Assembly (NCBI GenBank): GCA_964510615.1
Contig: CAZEBA010000010.1
Location: forward strand, 15,754-79,753
DNA: 64,000 nucleotides
Reading direction: 5' to 3'
Origin: an uncultured Gemmatimonadota bacterium
Lineage (GTDB): Bacteria > Gemmatimonadota > Gemmatimonadetes > Palauibacterales > Palauibacteraceae
Of this stretch, positions 58,216-64,000 are shown in pieces. The notes under the pieces are model-generated. The model was not told the origin of the DNA. It saw only the letters and a program-made list of their open reading frames with translations, and did no database searches. A program made the translations under genes and the position numbers. Within the stretch, counting starts at the first letter, position 1, and each line of letters starts with the position of its first letter.

Positions 58216-61200
58216 GGGCGCAGTTCACCCGCGTGGAGGCACCCACCTACGTGGAGTTGGCCGCACGCTCGGCGTTCTCGCTCCTCATCGGGGCGTCCAC
58301 GCCCGAGGCCCTGGCCGAGCGAGCGGCCGAGCTGGGAATGCCGGCGCTGGCGCTGGCCGACCTGTTCGATCTCGGGGGGATCGTCCGCTTCACCCGCTGC
58401 TGCGACCGGGTCGGCGTCCGCCCGATCATCGGCGCCACGGTCCGGGTCGTCCCGCCCCCTGCGGTCATCCCGCCTTCGGCGGGCGGGCCGCACACCGCCA
58501 CACTGGCCCGGCTTCACCTCGTTCTGCTGTGCAGGAATCGAGGGGGATACCACAACCTCTGCGGGCTGATCACGCGGGCGCGGCTCTCGAACCCGCGCGG
58601 CCACCCGCGGCTCGGCCTCGGGGATCTAGAGGGACGGACGGACGGGCTGATCTGTCTGTTCGGGACGACGGATCTTCCGGATCCGCACCCGCAGGCTGCG
58701 ATTCTTGCCCGCATCGGGAGCGCCTTTCCGGGCCGGTTCCACCCGGTTCTCGAGCACCACGGTCTGCCGGAGGACGCGCGCCGCTGCGCGGCGTGGATCG
58801 CCTACTCGCGAGCGACGGGCCTTCCCTGGCTCCCCGCGAACGCTCCGCGGTACGCGCGGCCATCCGACCGGATCGTGCACGACGTGCTCACCTGCATCCG
58901 CTACGACACCACCCTGGACGAGGCCGGCGACCGCCTCCTGCCGAACGGCGAGTGGTATCTGAAGTCGGCCGTGCAGATGAAGCGTCGCTGGTGTCAGGCA
59001 CAGGGCGTCTCCCTCCGTGAAGGGCGACGAGGTCCTCTTCCGCAAGCTGGCGGACGGCTGGTCTTCGGAGCCTCCGACGGGAGTCTCCTCAGGCCGTCCA
59101 AGGCTTGCTCCGGAGGATCTCGCTCGCCACTTGCGGAGACACCCTCGGGTCCTCGGTCCGGCGATGGTCCGCCGCCAGCTCGCGAAGCGGGTTTCCCGCT
59201 ACCGGCCGAGTGCGACTGTCTCGGCTGCGAGGGGTTGCGGCGAACGGCCGAGGTCGCGGCGCGCTGCCGCTTCCGGGTCGAGGGACTCAAGCCGCCACTC
59301 CCGGTCTTCCGGGGCTTCGGCGAGCGGCAGCCGATGCCCGGGGACGGCCGGTCCGGTTCCCGCGACTCCCACGCCCTGCTGCGGGGGCTGGTGGAGGAGG
59401 GGGCGCGAAGACGGTACGGTGACCGCTTCGGGCCCGAGCACCGGCGCCAGATCGACCACGAGCTCGGCATCATCGGCCGCCTCGGCCTCAGCGACTACTT
59501 CCTGATCATCCACGACATCGTCCGCTTCGCCAACCAGCGGGACATCCTTGTCCAGGGGCGTGGCTCGGCCGCCAACTCGGCGGTCTGCTACTGCCTGGGC
59601 ATCACGGCCGTGGACCCGGTGGGGCTGGACCTCCTGTTCGAGCGCTTCCTCTCGGAGGAGCGGGACGAGGCGCCGGACATCGACCTGGATATCGCCCACA
59701 ACGACCGGGAGGAGGTGCTCCAGTACGTCTACCGGAAGTACGGCCGCGAGCACGCGGCGATGGTATGCGAGGCGATCACCTACCGGGGACGGATGGCCGT
59801 ACGGGACGCGGCCCGGGTGCTGGGCTTCTCGACGACCCAGGCGGACCGTCTGGCAGCGGAAGCCGACCGGAGCGAAGCGGCCGACGCGGCCGACCGCCTG
59901 GCCGACGGAGGCGTGGTCCGGGCCGGGCTCGATCCTCGGCACCCCCGCGTGCCGGCGCTGATCCGGGCCGTACGAGGCCTGAACGAGCTCCCCCGCCACC
60001 GCTCGATCCACGTCGGAGGCTTCGTCCTCTCGGGGCGGCCGATCGGCGAGGTGGTGCCGGTGGAGGCCGCCTCGATGCCCGGCCGCACCGTGATCCAGTG
60101 GGACAAGGACGACCTGGACCTTCCGGGCCTCATCAAGGTCGACCTCCTGGGCCTCGGCATGCTCACCGTCCTCCAGGCGGCGATCCGTCACATTCGGGAG
60201 ACGCGCGGGGTGGAGCTCGACCTGGCCCGGCTTCCTCCCGATGATCCGGTCGTCTACGACATGATCTGCGAGGCCGACACCATCGGCGTGTTCCAGATCG
60301 AGTCGCGCGCCCAGATGAACACCCTGCCGCGTGTCCGCCCGCGCTGCTTCTACGACCTGGTCATCGAGGTGGCGCTCATCCGGCCCGGTCCGATCCAGGG
60401 TGACATGGTGCACCCTTACCTGCGGCGCCGGAACGGCGAGGAGCCGGTCGCCTACCTGGATCCGCGGCTGGAACCGGTGCTGAAGCGAACGCTCGGCGTC
60501 CCGCTCTTTCAGGAGCAGGGGATGAAGGTGGCCGTGGTGCTGGCCGGCTTCACCCCCGCGCAGGCGGACAAGCTCCGGCGGGCGATGGGGTTCAAGCGCT
60601 CGCACCAGGCGATGACCGAGGTGGGCGAGGAGCTGGCCGCGGGGCTGGCGAGGAACGGCGTCCGGCCGGACGTTGCCGCCCAGATCTTCAAGCAGCTCAC
60701 GGCGTTCGCCAACTACGGCTTCCCCGAGAGCCACTCCGCCAGCTTCGCCCTGCTCGTGTACGCCTCCGCCTGGCTGAAGCGCTACTACGCGCCGGAGTTC
60801 TTCGCCGCGATGCTGAACGCCCAGCCGATGGGCTTTTACGCGCCCGCCACCCTGATCCGGGACGCCCAGCGGCACGGGGTTCGGGTGCTCCCCGTCGATC
60901 TGGCCTGTTCGGCCTGGGACTGCACGTTGGAGCCTGCGTCCGGCAGCGAGGGGCAAGCGCCCGCCCTGCGGCTCGGGCTCCGGCTCGTTCGGGGTCTGGG
61001 CGCGCGGGCGCGCGACCGGCTGCAGCGAGCGACCGAAGAGGAGCCCTTCTCCTCGGTAGAGGATGTGGTGCGCCGGAGCGGCCTCGAGCGGGCGGCCCTC
61101 CGTCTGCTGGCCGAGGCGGGTGCGTTCCGGACTCTGTGGCCAGGACGTCGCGAAGCTCTCTGGGAGCTGCTGCGCCAGTTTCGGGGCGATGCGGGTCCGC

Positions 61201-61667
61201 TGGCCCCCCATCGCGCTCCCCGCCGCAGAGGCCGCCGACTTCCACGCATGAGCCGATTCGAGCGGGTGCTCGCTGACTACCGCACCCTCGGGCTCTCGAC
61301 CGAGGGGCATCCGATGGAGTTCGTGCGGCCGATGCTGCGCACACGGGGCGTGCTGAGCGCCGCGGAGGTGCGAAAGTGCTCGGCCGGCACCGAGGTGACC
61401 GTGGCGGGACTTGCCATCACCCGGCAGAGGCCGAGCACCGCGAAGGGCATCATGTTCCTCACGCTGGAGGATGAGACAGGGCTGGCGAACTTCGTCGTGA
61501 TGCCGGATGTGCAGGCTCGCTACCGAGACGCCCTGCTGGCGCACGTTCCGATCCTGCGGGGGGTGGTGGAGAGCGAGAGCGGCGTCGTGAACGTGCTCGT
61601 CACCCGCGCAGGGGTCCTGCCGTTGGGCGACCGCACACCGGTCGTGCGAAGCCGAGACTTCCGGTAG
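58203..61667 (+). CDS. dnaE2: Error-prone DNA polymerase III alpha-type (DnaE2/ImuC)
   Basis: PHP N-terminus; Pol III alpha palm/fingers (…RGSAANSAVCYCLGIT…PDIDLDI…; …GVFQIESR…; …VALIRPGPIQGD…); OB fold at the C-terminus. The overlap with the imuB end matches the usual cassette order. Confidence 0.9.
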   Translation: MVGLRAQFTRVEAPTYVELAARSAFSLLIGASTPEALAERAAELGMPALALADLFDLGGIVRFTRCCDRVGVRPIIGATVRVVPPPAVIPPSAGGPHTATLARLHLVLLCRNRGGYHNLCGLITRARLSNPRGHPRLGLGDLEGRTDGLICLFGTTDLPDPHPQAAILARIGSAFPGRFHPVLEHHGLPEDARRCAAWIAYSRATGLPWLPANAPRYARPSDRIVHDVLTCIRYDTTLDEAGDRLLPNGEWYLKSAVQMKRRWCQAQGVSLREGRRGPLPQAGGRLVFGASDGSLLRPSKACSGGSRSPLAETPSGPRSGDGPPPAREAGFPLPAECDCLGCEGLRRTAEVAARCRFRVEGLKPPLPVFRGFGERQPMPGDGRSGSRDSHALLRGLVEEGARRRYGDRFGPEHRRQIDHELGIIGRLGLSDYFLIIHDIVRFANQRDILVQGRGSAANSAVCYCLGITAVDPVGLDLLFERFLSEERDEAPDIDLDIAHNDREEVLQYVYRKYGREHAAMVCEAITYRGRMAVRDAARVLGFSTTQADRLAAEADRSEAADAADRLADGGVVRAGLDPRHPRVPALIRAVRGLNELPRHRSIHVGGFVLSGRPIGEVVPVEAASMPGRTVIQWDKDDLDLPGLIKVDLLGLGMLTVLQAAIRHIRETRGVELDLARLPPDDPVVYDMICEADTIGVFQIESRAQMNTLPRVRPRCFYDLVIEVALIRPGPIQGDMVHPYLRRRNGEEPVAYLDPRLEPVLKRTLGVPLFQEQGMKVAVVLAGFTPAQADKLRRAMGFKRSHQAMTEVGEELAAGLARNGVRPDVAAQIFKQLTAFANYGFPESHSASFALLVYASAWLKRYYAPEFFAAMLNAQPMGFYAPATLIRDAQRHGVRVLPVDLACSAWDCTLEPASGSEGQAPALRLGLRLVRGLGARARDRLQRATEEEPFSSVEDVVRRSGLERAALRLLAEAGAFRTLWPGRREALWELLRQFRGDAGPLAPHRAPRRRGRRLPRMSRFERVLADYRTLGLSTEGHPMEFVRPMLRTRGVLSAAEVRKCSAGTEVTVAGLAITRQRPSTAKGIMFLTLEDETGLANFVVMPDVQARYRDALLAHVPILRGVVESESGVVNVLVTRAGVLPLGDRTPVVRSRDFR

Positions 61668-61705
61668 CCGCGATGCCCGAGTGAGTCGCCTCGCGGCGAG
61701 GGATT

Positions 61706-61921
61706 CTATGGGCTCGAGTCGAGACTACCCTGCTCAGCGCTTCGCGTGTGGCGAGATCGCAGGACGAACGCCGCAACCACCAGGAGAATGCCCACCACGG
61801 CACCCGCTATTTGCCGAATGCCGATTCCGGGCCACCTCCCGAGGCCAAGATAGTCAGCCAGGATCGAGATACCGAACAGCACGACTCCGAGGACTATGAG
61901 TACCCTGCTCGTGACTGGCAT
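61706..61921 (-). CDS. Hypothetical small membrane protein (2 TM)
   Basis: 71 aa, two hydrophobic helices; convergent with dnaE2; could be spurious. Confidence 0.3.
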   Translation of the reverse strand: MPVTSRVLIVLGVVLFGISILADYLGLGRWPGIGIRQIAGAVVGILLVVAAFVLRSRHTRSAEQGSLDSSP

Positions 61922-62077
61922 CTCCCATCTCCTTGTCTGACTGTGGAGGCTATGGAATCCTCAACCAAGCTATCGATCAGGAATCGTGGACTACAAGCGG
62001 CGCGCTTGCCATGGTTGACCCAGAGGACCTTGCCGCTCTGCCGTTCCGCCTCTATTCAACAGCGGGACGGAAGGCGA

Positions 62078-62419
62078 ATGGACACCAGCGAACCCAAGAT
62101 CGTCGACAAGCCGTGGGGGCGCGAGATCTGGTACGCCCACACGGACCGTTACGCCGGTAAGGTGCTCGAGGTCGACCGCGGGCACGTGCTCTCGCTCCAG
62201 AAGCACCAGGTGAAGCACGAGACGCTGTACCTGCAGAGCGGCCGCATGCGGTTTACCCTCGGGGAGAGGGTATTCGAATGGCTCCCGGGCCAGTGCGTCG
62301 AGATCCCGCCCGGCACGATCCACCGCATGGAGGCGCTCGAGGACAGCGTGATCCTGGAAACGAGCACGCCAGAGCTGGATGACGTGGTCCGGCTGGAGGA
62401 CAGGTACGGTCGTGTCTGA
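62078..62419 (+). CDS. Cupin-domain protein
   Basis: ATG at 62078 after GGAAGG; KPWGREIWYAHTD...LSLQKHQVKHETLYLQSG...PGTIHR (cupin_2 motifs). Confidence 0.65.
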   Translation: MDTSEPKIVDKPWGREIWYAHTDRYAGKVLEVDRGHVLSLQKHQVKHETLYLQSGRMRFTLGERVFEWLPGQCVEIPPGTIHRMEALEDSVILETSTPELDDVVRLEDRYGRV

Positions 62420-62452
62420 CCGCGTCGCCTCGCCCTCATTGGGCTCGCCCTC

Positions 62453-62971
62453 ATGATGCCGGGGCCGGAGGCCGCCCTGATCGGGACGCGCGCCTACCCG
62501 CAGACCTGGTTCCTGCTCGACGTCGTCGGGCGCCAGCCGCGGCTACTGGGCCACGAGGTGGTCGACCTCTCGCCCGGTGCCATCGAACTCCGCTCGGTCA
62601 CCCGGACGTTGAGGGAGCATGCGGAAGCCAGGGAGCGCTGGATCCCGTTTCGTGACGGAAGGACGCTCGAACGTCTGAGGAGAGAGTACCAGGCCCGGCT
62701 CTCCTTCGGGCCGGAGATCGGCTACTGCATCGAGCACGATGAGTCCCGGGGGGTCCACGAAGGCCGTCCCGTGCGTCACCTGGCGGTTCGGTTTTCGTCG
62801 CGAGTGCTCACTCCCGCGACCGCGGCCGAGATCGGTCTCTATTTCTACGGCCGACGCGCGGCCACGTTCGCCTTCACGGCCCCGGACGAGGCGCACGGTT
62901 TCATCGGCGTGGAATGGGAGCCGATCGGGATGAGCGATCTGCACGTGCTGCTCTCGCGAGAGCTCGGCTGA
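62453..62971 (+). CDS. Hypothetical protein
   Basis: 172-aa ORF downstream of the cupin gene; no motif recognised. Confidence 0.4.
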   Translation: MMPGPEAALIGTRAYPQTWFLLDVVGRQPRLLGHEVVDLSPGAIELRSVTRTLREHAEARERWIPFRDGRTLERLRREYQARLSFGPEIGYCIEHDESRGVHEGRPVRHLAVRFSSRVLTPATAAEIGLYFYGRRAATFAFTAPDEAHGFIGVEWEPIGMSDLHVLLSRELG

Positions 62972-63271
62972 CCTCGGGTCGCGCCGCCGGAGGGAGCCGT
63001 CGGCAATCCGCCGCGCCCCGGAGCCGAGCAGGCGGTGAAACCGGTGAATCGGCGCGATGAGAGAACCCCCTTAGCCACGGGCTGACTGCGGGGATAGGAT
63101 CCGAAGGTAGGATTACCGTGGCTTCGGGGGTCGTCTCACCCTCTAAAACGCGCCGGCAGCCCATCGGGTTTCCGGCTGCGCACGAAGGTCGGGACCGGCG
63201 GCCGAAGGCTCGACCGAACGGTGGAGCCCGATCGGGCAGGGCAGAGCGCAATCGGAAGGAGCAGAGAGCCC

Positions 63272-63718
63272 ATGAGCCGCCATGGCAACGGAGAGGTCGA
63301 GCAGGCCGGACCGTCGAGCCCACGGGAGGCCGGCACAGCCGATTCGCGCAGGATCCTCACCACGATCTACGTGGCGCTCGCGCTCGGCGTGGCGATGCTG
63401 GCGATCGTGTTCTATGCCGTCGGCCCCGCCGCAGGCGTGACCGGTAGCTCCCTGTTGCGCTGGATCTGGCTCGCGGCCGCGGTCGTCTGCTCGGTCGGAG
63501 CGGGGTTCCTGAGGGGTCGATCGAGAGTCGCCTCGTCCGACCTCCGCTCCGTGCTGCCGGCGGCGGTGGTCGCCTGGTCGCTCGCCGAGGCGCAAGCCCT
63601 GCTGGCGGCGATCGGCTTCTTCCTCACCGGCGACCTGCTTCTGCTCGCCGCCGGCCTGGTGCTCTTCGTGTTCCTGATGGCGCGCCACCGGCCCGGCGTC
63701 TTCCTGGATCGGAGCTGA
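63272..63718 (+). CDS. Hypothetical membrane protein (4 TM)
   Basis: ATG at 63272 after GGAAGGAGCAGAG; four hydrophobic helices. Confidence 0.45.
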   Translation: MSRHGNGEVEQAGPSSPREAGTADSRRILTTIYVALALGVAMLAIVFYAVGPAAGVTGSSLLRWIWLAAAVVCSVGAGFLRGRSRVASSDLRSVLPAAVVAWSLAEAQALLAAIGFFLTGDLLLLAAGLVLFVFLMARHRPGVFLDRS

Positions 63719-64000
63719 GTGGGGCAGTCCGGCACGCCCTCGGGCAACGATCGAGCAGTTCCCACCGACGCGCTCGTGCGGGTGCTCTGCGCATCGGCAC
63801 GGCGTGACCCGGACCATCGATCGGAGATGGTGACCCAGTGGATGTGCGGCGAGCCGGTCCGGCTCCTCGACCGACGCGAGGGTTGGGCGCGTGCGGTGGG
63901 GGAGGATGGCTACGCCGCCTGGGCGCCATCGGCGGCCGTCATGCCGACCCGAGCGGAGGGTCCGGTCGATTCTGTCTGGGTGCCCGTCCGGTCGCTCGGT
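63719..64000 (+). CDS. Partial CDS (3' end outside window), SH3b-like N-terminus (possibly NlpC/P60-type)
   Basis: GTG right after the upstream stop; ...GEPVRLLDRREGWARAVGEDGYAAWAPSAAV... resembles a bacterial SH3-like domain. Confidence 0.3.
   Translation, partial: MGQSGTPSGNDRAVPTDALVRVLCASARRDPDHRSEMVTQWMCGEPVRLLDRREGWARAVGEDGYAAWAPSAAVMPTRAEGPVDSVWVPVRSLG

Noticed and set aside
63030-63110. Possible cobalamin riboswitch (GGTGAAACCGG...GCCACGGG resembles the GGTGAAAATCCGG / GCCACTG elements)
   Set aside because: No B12-box (AGYCMGGAAGRCCTGCC-like) is present and the downstream gene is not a cobalamin/cobalt-related transporter; resemblance is limited to two short GC-rich strings.
63240-63271. 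GGAAGGAGCAG resembling the SRP-RNA domain IV motif
   Set aside because: It sits 6-9 nt upstream of an ATG and is more simply the ribosome-binding site; no surrounding 4.5S-like helix.
1-64000. Search for tRNA genes, CRISPR arrays, IS/transposase or integrase genes
   Set aside because: No T-loop/acceptor-stem candidates outside CDS, no spaced direct-repeat arrays, and no ORF with DDE/tyrosine-recombinase motifs were seen. The only mobile-type element recognised is the intein.

Overview
This window is a high-GC (about 68-70% by eye) bacterial chromosomal segment with Gram-negative-type envelope genes (TolC, beta-barrel OMP, MlaD/MCE). Coding runs on both strands with many 4-nt start/stop overlaps, and numerous long Arg/Ser/Pro-rich antisense 'shadow' ORFs are present; I did not call those. 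Content: the gyrB 3' end; thyX interrupted by a canonical class-1 intein carrying an HNH homing-endonuclease domain; gyrA; a tandem-Usp protein; an M1 metallopeptidase; rho; ssb; an SbcD/SbcC (YhaO/YhaN-like) nuclease-ATPase pair; a TolC-MacA-FtsX efflux operon divergent from an ECF sigma / ZAS anti-sigma / periplasmic-protein operon; nfo; etfBA; a dispersed molybdenum-cofactor and molybdate/tungstate uptake gene set (xdhC, mocA-like, modA, fused modBC, moeA, mobA, fdhD) with an embedded PBP4 (dacB); a second ECF sigma with a CBM48-fused anti-sigma; fabH; a membrane-anchored JAMM-domain protein; an ~8 kb lower-GC glycan/lipid-modification island (GT2, YdjC-type deacetylase, GT39/ArnT-like, SGNH-like, polytopic membrane proteins); and the imuA-imuB-dnaE2 mutagenesis cassette. 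No tRNA, rRNA, CRISPR array, transposase or integrase was recognised. Coordinates follow the ORF track; in at least one place my manual indexing differed by 1 nt, so refined starts should be read as +/-1-3 nt.
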